The position numbers and the translations under genes are program-made. From positions 1 to 43,775 of the forward strand of contig NW_021834973.1 of NCBI RefSeq assembly GCF_006345805.1: a stretch of DNA of 43,775 nucleotides, given 5' to 3'. This document shows positions 1-11,191 of this stretch, one piece after another. Under the pieces are notes generated by a model. That model did not search any database. It was not told the DNA's origin and saw only the letters and a list, made by a program, of their open reading frames with translations. Positions within the stretch are counted from its first letter, which is position 1, and each line of letters opens with the position of its first letter. This DNA is from Octopus sinensis. Lineage: Eukaryota.

Positions 1-182
1 TCGAAGTTTCGGCCTGCTAAGCCATCGTTGTTACTTACGCCCTATTTCGAAGTAAGTCATGTCTCACCAAACTGTTTTCGAATTCCTCTTTGATGAATGC
101 GTGCGAGTGCATAGTTTCTAAGTGTCAACCATTCTAAGTGTCCACCATTCTATGATTGTCTTATTCTCGAAAACGTGTGTAC

Positions 183-202
183 AACCCTAACCCTAACCCT
201 AA
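183..202. repeat. Short interstitial telomere-type repeat (CCCTAA)3
   Basis: aaccctaaccctaaccctaa. Confidence 0.7.
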
Positions 203-372
203 TGTCTCCCATGAATGCAAGAACGTCTCAATGTGTACCAACCTACCGCCACACTTATACATCTGAACCGTGTATGTAAATACATAGGTGCTGATGACTA
301 TAAATACGCAGTTGTATGCCACTGCATGCATACATGTCATACATGTACACTGAGTGTGGTTGTCATATGTGT

Positions 373-793
373 AGAGCGGCGAGCTGGCAGAAACGTTAGC
401 ACGCCGGGCGAAATGCGTAGCCGTATTTCGCCTGCCGTTACATTCTGAGTTCAAATTCTGCCGAGGTCGATTTTGCCTTTCATCCTTTCGGGAGTCGATA
501 AACTAAGTACCAGTTACGCATTGGGGGTCGATATAATCGACTTAATCCGTTTGTCTGTCCTTGTTTGTCCCTTCTGTGTTTAGCCCCTTGTGGGTAGTAA
601 AGAAATAGGTATTTCGTCTGCCGTTACATTCTGAGTTCAAATTCCGCCGAGGTCGACTTTGCCTTTCATCCTTTCGGGAGTCGATAAACTAAGTACCAGT
701 TACGCACTGGGGGTCGATATAATCGACTTAATCCGTTTGTCTGTCCTTGTTTGTCCCCTCTGTGTTTAGCCCCTTGTGGGTAGTAAAGAAATA
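373..793 (+). mobile_element. tRNA-derived SINE family A, dimeric copy with 11-bp TSD
   Basis: A/B-box-like head gagctggcagaaacgttagc...gagttcaaattc. The second unit restarts at 608. TSD gtcatatgtgt at 362-372 and 794-804. Confidence 0.9.
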
Positions 794-1519
794 GTCATAT
801 GTGTTGAAGGAAGAAATCGCAGCTATTTGTAGGGAGATTCTGTAGACTTATGCCTGCATGTGTAATGGTGTCTGAAATTACGGGAGCTAGCAGATTACTT
901 AAAACCGTACGTACGTATTTATGAATGTACGTATGTATGTCTGTACGTACGATCTCGTAAATGAGTGTGTGCGTGTGTTGAAATATGGCAGTTAAGTTTA
1001 TTTGAATAAAACCTATATATCTGTGTTTAAGGCATGAATATGTATATGCATGCGATTATATATGACTGTATATCGTTATGGATAAGTTCATTACAGATTT
1101 ACTAATCTTCATATCCCAAAAAGTCGCTGATCACTTATTCCCCTTTATTGTTTCTTATTTCCGCTTCTTCTCTCTCTCTCTCTCTCCTCTCCTAATTTCT
1201 CTCTTCCATCCATTCCCTGCCTCACCATTTTCAGAATCAGCCTCTTTTTACATTTTCTATCAATTTAAAAAAAAAAAATTTTTTTACCATTTCTAAATTC
1301 TCATAGACTAAGGGCAAAGAATTATCTTTTTCACTCCTTCAGAAGAACTTGCACCAATCGCATCACAATTCTTCTTTGAATGTGGGGGCAGATGGGGGAG
1401 AAAAATTACTATAAAAAATATTTTGCTGACGCAAAAAGTCACTACCTACCATGGATTATATTTCCTACACAAACACACACCACATATATACATATACATA
1501 ACATATATGTTTATAAACA

Positions 1520-1800
1520 TATTAGGAGCTGAAACTTCGCAAATCATTGTTCCGAGTTTCTCTTAAATAATCTTCAGGTGATTATGGAAAACGAAATATT
1601 TGATACAAATATTTAACTACGATATCCAAGCATTTTCATGGTAATATATAACATAAATCTATGTTCCATTTGATAACAATCATCCTAAGATTGATTTGTT
1701 GAAACTCAGAGTAACGGACATATTACTTTCCTGCTGCTATTATGAAACTCAGACTCCTGTATTGAGTACTTTCTTTCTTCCTAATTTTACACTTGCTTAT
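1520..1800. mobile_element. Decayed Penelope-like/hammerhead-type relic
   Basis: Minus-strand CUGAAGA..GAAA at 1577-1557. Plus-strand GAAACUCAGAGUAAC at 1701-1715, the same stem III as the 21961 motif. gtattgagtact head motif at about 1759. Confidence 0.4.
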
Positions 1801-1848
1801 CTCACCCGCTCTCTCTTTACAACACACACACACACCACATCATATATA

Positions 1849-1880
<32 letters not shown>

Positions 1881-2681
1881 TATATTATATATTATACTTA
1901 TATATATATATATACTTATATATATATATACTTATATTTTATATATATATACTTATATATATATATATATACAACATATACATAAATACACATACATGCA
2001 TACATACACATGCATACATACACATTGTATATTTTGTTCGTTATATATCTACTGAACACATATATAAAATGTATATCTACACTATATATATATATATATA
2101 TATATATACGTGTGTATATGTATATAAGGCATACAAAAATCATAAAATGTGTATATATGTATGTATATATGCATCATATATATATATACATATATATGAT
2201 AGCAACGATCACTTTCGTATACACGCCAGTATTTTGTAAGGGCTGTTTCCTCGTATATAGTTATATATAAGTTATAAAGACCAATAACCTTATTTCAAAA
2301 TATTTTTATCTCCTCTTCCATCAGTCTGTACTCCTAGATGACGGATATTTAGCAGGTTAGTATGATAAAATATATACATATATATTTTGCACGGCTATAG
2401 GTTTATATGGATTTGTGTATGTCGAAGGTCTGTTGTATGTATGTATGTATGGGTGTTTGAATCTTCTTAATTTTGTAGTTGATTCTCTGTATATTTTGTT
2501 GTATGCATATGTCTATGAGTGTGTGTATGCGTGTGTGCGTGCCTATGCATGTATGTATTGTTTTTATTTGTTATAAGCAATATTCTTTATTCAGTAACTG
2601 TTACATCTTATTTCAAATGACAGATAATTGTATATATGACAATGATCGCTAATTGTATGTATATGTACACAGTTATATATA

Positions 2682-3533
2682 CATGGTCCGATCAATAAGT
2701 ATCCAGATTGTTGCCAAGGTAACAAAGCTAAAGCATACAGAGTGAAGCCGTTTGGCACATATTGACCTCGAGCTCTGCTGTGCATGTGCATTAAGTTTTA
2801 ATGTTCTACCTCACTTCTGCTGTTTACAGTAGTGCTTGGGAGGAAGGTGTGTAGCGTGTGATCGTCGCATTGACCATGACAGAGAAAGTTGAGCAGAGAA
2901 TCTGCATCAAATTTTGCCAAAAGCTTGGCGATACCCGCTCAGAGGCCAATGCAAAGTTTTCAAAAAGTTTTCATCGTTCTCGACGCAATCAAGATCTTTG
3001 TGCAACTGAAACCCGGGGGTCTTTTTGGTCAACCGGAAGCAGTGTGGCTTAAATTTGGCAGACACGCGTCTCATACCCAGACCTTCAGTGATAATGGACT
3101 GAACTGAGCCGTAACTAATCTGCACATCCTCTGATAACTCACGGGTAGTGATTCGACGATTTCCCCTCAGAGCTGCACGCACTTCTGCGATGTTTTTCTC
3201 AGTTCTGCTGGTTGCGGGTCTCCCAGAACGTTCGTCAATATAGACATTTCTTCGGGTATCTTGGAACCGTCTTGTGTGCGGCTGATACACTTCCTGCAAC
3301 TCTGAGCAGGTATCACCATGACAACTTCTTCTGTCATGTTCAATGCGACGATCGCATACTACACACATTCATTCGAAGCACTGCTATAAACAGCGGAAGT
3401 TAGCTAGAACGTTAAACCTTAGTGCACATGCACAGGAGGGGGGTCAAGGTCAATCTTTGTCAAGCGGCTTCACTCTGCGTGTTTTAGCTTCCTTACTATG
3501 GCAACAGCCCGGATACTTATTGATCAGACCTAT
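2682..3533. mobile_element. Mariner-derived fold-back element made of two inward-facing 5' ends
   Basis: TA-flanked TIR-like ends ggtc(c/t)gatcaataagtatcc. The + arm encodes MTEKVEQRICIKFCQKLG. The - arm encodes DERSGRP...RRITTRELSEDVQISYGSVQSIITEGLGMRRVSAKF, a mariner HTH region. The junction is near 2960. Confidence 0.85.
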
Positions 3534-4121
3534 ATAAAAGGGGGTTAATAAATCCGAGGTGGATCCTGAATTAGCACCTCTGTGAATACCAGCTAACAGA
3601 GAATGCATATGAGAGTATGTAAGTGGACGGTTTACCTTTTTTTAAACCTGTCTGTGGGTGTAGGTGTGCGCTCGCACACATACATACACGTCAGGTAGTG
3701 TCGAAACGCACATCGGTAAATGATCTAAATGTAACCCCATACATGACTTCCACTACTGGACTTCATATATATACATATACACACACTTATACAGAGGTAT
3801 GAGTGTATCGCTATTATAACACATGAAAATACAAAGTCAGACAGTGAATGTGCCAACTGTATGTTCATTTATTATATATTTTTTTTCCTCATTGATATTG
3901 TTAGTGTGAAGTATCGTCTCAGCTTCATGGAACACCTACGAATCATTTATATGTCTCTGATACAATTACCAAATTGTGAACACGATTGCTGTCACATCGG
4001 AAGAATGCATGCGTATTTTTTTCCTGTTCTTTGTGTCAGCCAATGACATGTTTCATGTGCTTCTTTTATATAAATATATATATATATTTCCCTTCTTTTA
4101 AATGTTCCTTGTTTTGTTCAG

Positions 4122-4193
4122 CGTCTTTCAATCAGCGTCCGAGAAAGCTGAAATTTCGTCAGTTCCCCAAGAAACACTTGAACATGAGTCCAG
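4122..4193 (+). CDS. Internal coding exon (72 nt, phase 2/2) of an unidentified gene: VFQSASEKAEISSVPQETLEHES(R)
   Basis: Polypyrimidine acceptor ttccttgttttgttcag ending at 4121 and donor CAG|GTATAC at 4194. The frame is open. The trailing 'ag' completes an Arg codon with the first base of either downstream terminal exon (6950 or 26629). Confidence 0.65.
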
Positions 4194-4635
4194 GTATACC
4201 ATATCTATCCTATGTTAAAAGCTGTTTAATCAAATTTCGTTTCGTTTAAACATGTAGAAAAAAAAAAAAAGAAAAAAAAAATTCACCCCCGATTTCAAAT
4301 TTATTTTCTTTTCGTGATGTTAATATTTTAATGACCCCCTTTTATTTCATGTTTAACCGGTCATACAATCTAACGCCCGGCCATTGAGAATGACAACTAC
4401 TATTATTTTAACCACGCCAGTAGTCCGATTAGAACCTCGACATCCATTTAAACAAAACCCAGCTATTATTATTATTATAACCTTAAATATATTTCCCTAT
4501 AGCAATAAAACATTAATTCCCATTTATTTTGCAATGTCGGGTAATAACCCTCTGACTGTCCAACTTTAATACAAAATTTGGCTCTCTAACAAATACCATC
4601 TTAATTTTATCCGACATATTAGCTTCCGTTACAAT

Positions 4636-4805
4636 TTACCAAACCCTTCATAAAGATATCTGCTCAGTCAAGACCTGCAATATTTCTTATATTCTCTCCC
4701 ATAACCTTTTTAATTTCGTTTTACCAAACCCTCCATAAAGATATCTGCTCAGTCAAGACCTGCAATATTTCTTATATTCTCTCCCATAACCTATTTTATT
4801 TCGTT
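4636..4805 (+). repeat. 85-nt tandem duplication
   Basis: ttaccaaaccct(t/c)cataaagatatctgctcagtcaagacctgc... starts at 4636 and at 4721. Confidence 0.9.
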
Positions 4806-5121
4806 ATACCTTTCATCCATATTTTAAAATCTGCAGTCTGTTAACTAGATTCCCCACCCCCTACATCACTGCCCCCACATTAAAATCCATGCTCGTTCTT
4901 AGAATACATCCTATTCATTATATCAGGATTTTTAAAATTCTCTTTTACACAATATTGTTGTTGTCACTGTTATTGTCGATACCATCCCTGTTTAGAACCA
5001 TTAAAATCATTTCTAACACGTAACTACTAAGTTAATTTTACTTTATTATTATTATTATTATTATTATTAGGTTGACGAGAGAGGGATGACCTCCCTTTGC
5101 AAATACCATAAGGGCACAGAA

Positions 5122-5220
5122 AGTGTGCCTAAAGCCAGCTGGAGTCGATGATCTCCTGGGGCTAAAAGCTACAGTAACACCCACCCTTAGTGGTTAGCCA
5201 TATCGAGATGGCTAGTATAC
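5122..5220 (+). repeat. Short dispersed repeat, also at 31580-31680
   Basis: gccagctggag...ctcctggggctaaaa.ctacagta.ca.ccacccttag.ggttagccatat is shared by the two loci. Confidence 0.7.
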
Positions 5221-5303
5221 TTTACATTATTATTATTATTATTATTATATTATTATTATTCAGTAGTTTTATTTTTATAGCGTGCTTCTAGTAGAAAAGA
5301 TTA

Positions 5304-5339
<36 letters not shown>

Positions 5340-5542
5340 TATTATTCAGTAGTTTTATTTTTATAGCGTGCTTCTAGTAGAAAAGATTATTATTATTATT
5401 AAGTATCAGTTACGTACTGGGGTCGATGTAATCGACTTAATCACTTCCCCAAAATTTGAGGCTTTGTGCTTCTAGTAGAAAAGATTATTATTATTATTAT
5501 TATTAAGTATTAGAAATGCTTAGTATTATGATATGAATTATT

Positions 5543-5803
5543 GAGGCTGCAAGCTTGCAGAATCATTGAAGTAATGGACAAAATGTTTAGCGACATTTCT
5601 TGTGAATCTTTATGTTCTGGGTTCAAATGTCGCCGAAGTCGACTTTGCCTTTGATCCTTTCGGGGTCGTTAAAATAAGTATCAATCGAGTACTGGGGCCG
5701 ATGTAATCGACTAGCCCTGTCCCCACAAAAATTTTAGGCCTTGCGCCTATATAAGAAAGGATTATTATTATTATTATCATTATTATTATTATTATTATTA
5801 TTA
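5543..5803 (+). mobile_element. Diverged SINE family A with alternative 3' tail and (ATT)n
   Basis: Shared central gactttgcctt...ggggtcg domain, with tail ccccacaaaaattttaggccttgcgcctat...attattatt. Tail fragments are repeated at 5254-5505. Confidence 0.75.
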
Positions 5804-5850
5804 CTGATGAGTTACAAGACCGGTGAGCAAGATATAAGCTTCAGGACATA

Positions 5851-6249
5851 CTCTTTTACTCTTTTACTTGTTTCAGTCATTTGACTGCGGCCATGCTGGA
5901 GCACCGCCTTTAATCGAGCAACTCGACCCCGGGACTTATTCTTTTGTAAGCCCAGTACTTATTCTATCGGTCTCTTTTGCCGAACCGCTAAGTAACGGGG
6001 ACATAAACACACCAGCATCGGTTGTCAAGCAATGCTAGGGGGACAAACACAGACACACACACGCATATATATATATACATATATACGACAGGCTTCTTTC
6101 AGTTTCCATCTCCCAAATCCACTCACAAGGCTTTGGTCGGCCCGAGGTTATAGTAGAAGACACTTGCCCAAGGTGCCACGCAGTGGGACTGAACCCGGAA
6201 CCATGTGGTTGATTAGCAAGCTACTTACTACACAGCCACTCCTGCGCCT
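5851..6249 (-). mobile_element. tRNA-derived CORE-like SINE family B (resembles octopus OR2)
   Basis: Minus-strand head aggcgcaggagtggctgtgt..., CORE-like ccttgggcaagtgtcttc, internal (TA/CA)n and a (gagtaaaa)n tail. Confidence 0.85.
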
Positions 6250-6949
6250 ATCAAAACTGATTTCATTTTACCAGTTCAAAGACACTTCCCTTCCTCAGCT
6301 CATCTTTAGGACTTAAGAAATACACAAAATGTTATATAATTCCATTCTGTTTTGCCAAAATAAACTATAAATTCTTTTGTTGATGACACTTCAAAAATAT
6401 TGTGCAATTAGGTAAATTTATGTATATTATTTTAATTAATTAAATTAAAGATACGTAAACGTTCTTGTTCAACTAATTAGGTTAATTAATGTTAAATCTA
6501 ATTATGTCAACGCAAATTATTGTAATTACACTAATTTATGGCTTGTCTTAAAATTAAGTTAATTATAAATATTCTATTTTGGTTAAAAGTTAATTATAAT
6601 TATTCTAATTAGGTTAATTAAGTCTAAATGTTTTAATGTTCCTCCTTTTGTTTCCCCTCGTTTTTGGATGTTTGTAGTTTTTACATGTATACTATTGCCT
6701 TTTTTTTAAAAATAATTGAAGCCCTATCTCAGTGATGTACTTAATTATTTTTTGTTATGAAAGACCTAAGTTCTTTCAGTAATTAAGTTTGTTTAGTTAC
6801 TGCTATTATGTTTTTAAAAAAAAGTTTACAGTTGAGATTCGACTAGATGTTTTGTTGCACTATCTGAAATCTTGCTCCTTCCATAAAGAGCACCGTTTGT
6901 TATGTGCGACTATTGTTTCTTACGCCAGCTTTTAAAACCTTTTCTGCAG

Positions 6950-7760
6950 ATCCTCGACAACCCCTTCGGATACTCAGGATACGGATAATGTAGCGGTTAG
7001 CCAAACTGTATTACATTTAGGGAAGCTACCAACACAGCATGATCAACCTCCCGCCGTCCCTCCAAAACCAGTCAGACACAAGGTAGCCGCCGCCGCCGAA
7101 ACGTCTATTCAGGACACTCAAATACATTCAGACACTCCACCACCATCGCATGAGGCCACTCCGCCGCGCGAGGCTACTCCAACGCAGTCGGAGCAGCCTA
7201 TGAGTCGGTCAGAGAGACGGCGTCTGGCAGCGCAAGCACAACGAGAGGCATTAATTGCCGCTCAGGCTCAGGCACGAGCTGAAGCCGAGGCTCAAGCTGA
7301 AGCCGAGGCTCAAGCTGAAGCCGAGGCTCAAGCTGAAGTCCAGGCTCCAGCCGAAGCTCAGGCTCCAGCTGAAGATCAGGCTGAAGCTCAGTCGATAGCT
7401 GAGCCCGCAGTGGAGCCTCCAACAACATCGCCCCCATCATTCACTTCCCCGCCACCTGTGATGCCCAAACCGTCTCGTCCGGCTCCTTCCCCCGCACCTA
7501 TGCGGGAGTTGACCTCTCAACCTGTTCCCCCCAAGAAGAAAGAAGAAGAAGAGGAGCTAACTCTCAATCTATTTCGGGTCGCTATTTTCGTTTGCCTCTG
7601 CGCAATAATAGCTTACGTGTATTTCACGAAGGGCGGAATCTTTGCAATTATGTTCCGCCGTAAGGTGGTTCAATCGCAACTGGCCGTAGAGGAGGGGTCC
7701 GTGGGCGGGAATGCCGGACCAGGAACTGCTCCCGGGAAGGATTTAACTGACGAAAGTTAA
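6950..7760 (+). CDS. Terminal coding exon A: Pro/Ala/Glu/Gln-rich low-complexity region followed by a C-terminal transmembrane segment (about 269 codons)
   Basis: Acceptor ccttttctgcag at 6949. The frame is open from 6951 (SSTTPSDTQD...PPAVPPKP...MSRSERRR...) to TAA 7758-7760. GC-rich island in AT-rich DNA. Hydrophobic VAIFVCLCAIIAYVYF at 7578-7625, then TKGGIFAIMF and RRK. AATAAA at 7867. Confidence 0.85.
7278..7385 (+). repeat. Coding 18-nt minisatellite (AEAEAQ x6)
   Basis: gctgaagccgaggctcaa occurs three times perfectly (7278-7331), followed by three diverged units. Confidence 0.9.
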
Positions 7761-7866
7761 AAAGCCCGGATAAATTTCGTGTGGTCCAAGAACTCTACAT
7801 TTTATCCCCGTCTTCCCAATTTATTTTTCTCCACAACACTAATCGCTAAATCAAATAATAAGTTAT

Positions 7867-7872
7867 AATAAA
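7867..7872 (+). promoter_or_regulatory. Candidate polyadenylation signal for terminal exon A
   Basis: First AATAAA hexamer downstream of the stop at 7760, about 107 nt away. Confidence 0.5.
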
Positions 7873-7901
7873 ACACAATTGATTACTAAATCATAATATA
7901 T

Positions 7902-7954
<53 letters not shown>

Positions 7955-8000
7955 ATATATATATATATATTAGAAGGTTAGAGATGATGTACAGGTATTA

Positions 8001-8269
8001 TATATTAGAAGAAATGAGGTACTCAGAAGTCTGGATGGTTTTATATTTACAGATATTTATTAATATGTTACATGTTTTTATAAATCATATATTACACATT
8101 CAATAATACTATAAAAAGAGACAAAATTCCTGAAGAAGTTCAATCTGACGACTCCTGTAGATTGGACGCAAGCGCTGTTATATGATTTATAAAAACATGT
8201 AACATATTAATAAATATCTGTAAATATAAAACCATCCAGATTTCTGAGTACCTCATTTTTTCTAATATA
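8001..8269 (+). mobile_element. (TA)n-flanked fold-back element with a degenerate hammerhead in the spacer (Penelope-like relic)
   Basis: Inverted arms 8001-8091 and 8179-8269 (2 mismatches). The spacer has CUGAAGA(A) at 8130, a 9-bp stem GUUCAAUCU/AGAUUGGAC, then GCAA instead of GAAA. Confidence 0.65.
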
Positions 8270-8618
8270 TATATATAAATAATTATTATAACAAATACTA
8301 CACAGTATTATATATATTATTCTATTTGATATTAATACCATAATATACATTATATTGTTGTATTATTGTTATTAATAAACCTATTAATAAATATTCTATG
8401 TAAATGGAACGATAAATCGACCGTCTGTGAGAATCTGCTGATTTATCTTTCTGTTTGCTGAATGTTATGCAGGTTCATTTCCCTGTATATCTATCATTTT
8501 ATCTATCTGTCTGCTTATCTGTCTGTCTGTCTTTCTAGTCGTCTTTGAACCTATAGAGAGATCGATAAACAAACAGGCAGATTTGATAGTTAAGTATATT
8601 TAAGTAGTCAGGAATTGA

Positions 8619-8809
8619 CTCATTTCGATTCCTGATTAGCGTTGATTGATTAATAATTTCCCACTGGTACTCTTGGAAAATTATGAGGCACCTTAGGTTG
8701 CCAATTCTTGTGTCCCTGTAAATTTGAGGGGTTCAATGTTGCATTATTTGTACGGTCAGAAAGAATCGCCAATGACCAAACACTCTTATGGAATTACATC
8801 TCACGTATG
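8619..8809 (+). repeat. 190-bp direct repeat, copy 1
   Basis: Near-identical to 11664-11853 (tagcgttgatt vs tagcatgatt). Confidence 0.95.
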
Positions 8810-9124
8810 TATACAAAGTGATACCGCTCATGGGACACGATGGAAGCACAGCTACTTACGACTGAGATGTTGTGAAGAGCCAGTTACGCTGCTGATAAGT
8901 ATGAACGCTTTTAAAAGACCGAAAAACGGAGAACACTTCGATAAACAGCCGAGAATAGAAGTTTTGGAGATCTCTGAAGAAAACTGAATAGCTCAACTGT
9001 AGACTAACGAGGACCAGTGAACAACTTCGAATCTGTGAACAATTAAAGAAATGTTATTTTCGATCGCAGGAACAAAAGAGGAAAAAAACATGAAGGCGAA
9101 TGTCACAGGGAGAAAGAGAGAGGA

Positions 9125-9730
9125 TAAGAGGGGAAAGATAGGGGGTAAGAGGGAAAGATAGGGAGTAAGAGGGAAAGATAGGGAGTAAGAGGGAAAGATA
9201 GGGGGTAAGAAGGAAAGATAAGGAGTAAGAGGGAAAGATAGGGGGTAAGAGGGAAAGATAAGGGTAAGAGGGAAAGATAGGGGTAAGAGGGAAAGATAGG
9301 GGGTAAGAGGGAAAGGTAAGGGGTAAGAGGGAAAGGTAAGGGGTAAGAGGGAAAGATAGGGGGTAAGAAGGAAAGATAGGGGGTAAGAGGAAAGATAGGG
9401 GGTAAGAGGGAAAGATAGGGCTAAGAGGGAAAGGTAGGGTGTAATAGGGAAAGGTAAGGGGTAAGAGGGAAAGATAGGGGTAAGAGGGAAAGATAGGGGT
9501 AAGAGGGAAAGATAGGGGTGAGAGGGAAATATAGGGGTAAGAGGGAAAGATAGGGAGTAAGAGGGAAAGATAGGGGTAAGAGGGAAAGATAGGGGTAAGA
9601 GAGAAAGGTAGGGTGTAATAGAGAAAGATAGGGAGTAAGAGGGAAAGAGAGAGGGTAAGAGGGAAAGAGTGAATGTAAGAGAGTAAGAGGGAAAGAGAGA
9701 AAAGGGGAAGAGAGAGAGAGAGAGTAAAAG
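9125..9730 (+). repeat. Purine-rich 19-20-nt minisatellite (taagagggaaagatagggg)n
   Basis: About 30 directly visible tandem units. Confidence 0.95.
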
Positions 9731-9959
9731 AGAAAAGTGATGGATGGCAGGGGTGTCTAGAAAAAGTAGGGGTTGTTAATTATCAGTTTAGGTAGTTAGG
9801 TATAAGGTTAAGGGAATGTTAGAAAAAAGGGATGTAAATATATGTATCAAGGTGAAGCTGGTTGGCAAGATGGCTGCACTCTTTTACGTTAAACACATCA
9901 GGCGGGGGGTAATGATGATGGCTAATCCGTTCGTATAAGTATAGAGACATAATCAATAT

Positions 9960-9997
<38 letters not shown>

Positions 9998-11160
9998 GTG
10001 TGTGTGTGTGTGTGTGTGTTCATGTATGCATACGTCTATCCAAAAAGCGAGGGAAAGAGATATTGATGGAGCAATAGATAGATAGATCGATAGATGCAGA
10101 TAGATATCTGGCTAGATGGATAGATAGAGTGGAAGAAAGAAACAACTCAAATCCCGAAAACCGGAAGAGGGTTACTCGATAAAGCAAGTTTCTAACATCG
10201 CAGCAACGATAATGATAATATGTTGGAAGAAGGACGCGGTACTCTCTTTTGTCTATGCGGAATAATGTTTGAATCACAATTTGAGTAAACGAAGCGCGGG
10301 AAAAGTAGTTTCAAAGCTGACGACATAACACATTATTTAAGTCAATCCAGTCACGTGTCAATATGAACCATTTGAAGAAAACTTTCACTTTCATGGCAAA
10401 TAACACGATGGAAAATGTGGGCAAATAAATAAAAAAAGCTGGTGAAACAGCATTTTCAATGAACTTTATTGAAATTATTAAAGTGAGCAGCAGTAATATT
10501 TGAAAATACTGTTTATAATGATTTGGAAGTAATTCATATGAAATGTTTTTAAGCTCTGCGAAACGAATGAATAAAATGAAACCCTTCTGTACATAGGAAC
10601 GCTTGGCGGTTACGATGAATAATATGTTGAGATTAAAAGAATCAACCGACAGACAGAAACATTAACTTGTTAAATACTGGAAGTATTTGAAATTTCAATA
10701 TTTATCTCCTGTACCAATCTCAACAATGACATCATTACAAATGTAATTTAGCCTTCACCAAAAAAAAAAAAGAAAAAAATCAACAACAACAACAAATGGG
10801 GGTGCCCCAGCATGGCCACAGCTCGTGAGCTGAAACTAGATAAAATAAAATAAAATAAAATAAAATAAAATAAAAAATAAAATGAGAAGAGCTAAAACAC
10901 CAGCAATAATACTGATTCAAAATTTGATCTTCAAATCTGTAGAAACGTTAGAAAATTAGTTAAATATTCCAGGAAATAAGTCGATCAGGTTTCTCTGTTC
11001 ATTTTGACCCCGTCTACACACCGTCCTCCCCAACTGCGCACTGATTTTGTGTTTTTTTCTCTCTCAATATTTTTTTGTGTAAAAATATCTTCAAGCATTT
11101 GTATTGTATTAAAAATCGATTTCCATTCTGCATTCTCTTTTTTCTTCTCCTTTTTGTGTT

Positions 11161-11191
<31 letters not shown>

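Noticed and set aside
1696-2270. Long Y/I/H-rich ORFs in the track (also 12782-13176, 14240-14539, 17524-17898, 20645-21228, 31027-31323, 40610-40849, 41994-42405)
   Set aside because: These are translations of (TA)n, (CA)n or (GA)n microsatellites, which lack stops by construction.
3575-3618. Possible upstream exon ending at the strong donor TAT|GTAAGT (phase 2)
   Set aside because: None of the candidate AGs has a polypyrimidine tract, there is an in-frame stop at 3572, and it abuts transposon ends.
5804-5840. CUGAUGA motif
   Set aside because: No convincing stem II and no GAAA. The same applies to the motifs near 291, 8978, 36718 and 43675.
6032-6316. Recurrent MLGGQTQTH... and MVVIPAVLF... 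ORFs (also 25005, 35441, 38058, 39018, 39661)
   Set aside because: They are read out of SINE families B and C and are not genes.
7198-7440. Minus-strand 80-aa ORF with LEPxLQ repeats
   Set aside because: It is the antisense shadow of the AEAEAQ coding repeat.
9125-9730. CRISPR-like array
   Set aside because: The units are contiguous tandem repeats without unique spacers, the context is eukaryotic, and there are no cas genes.
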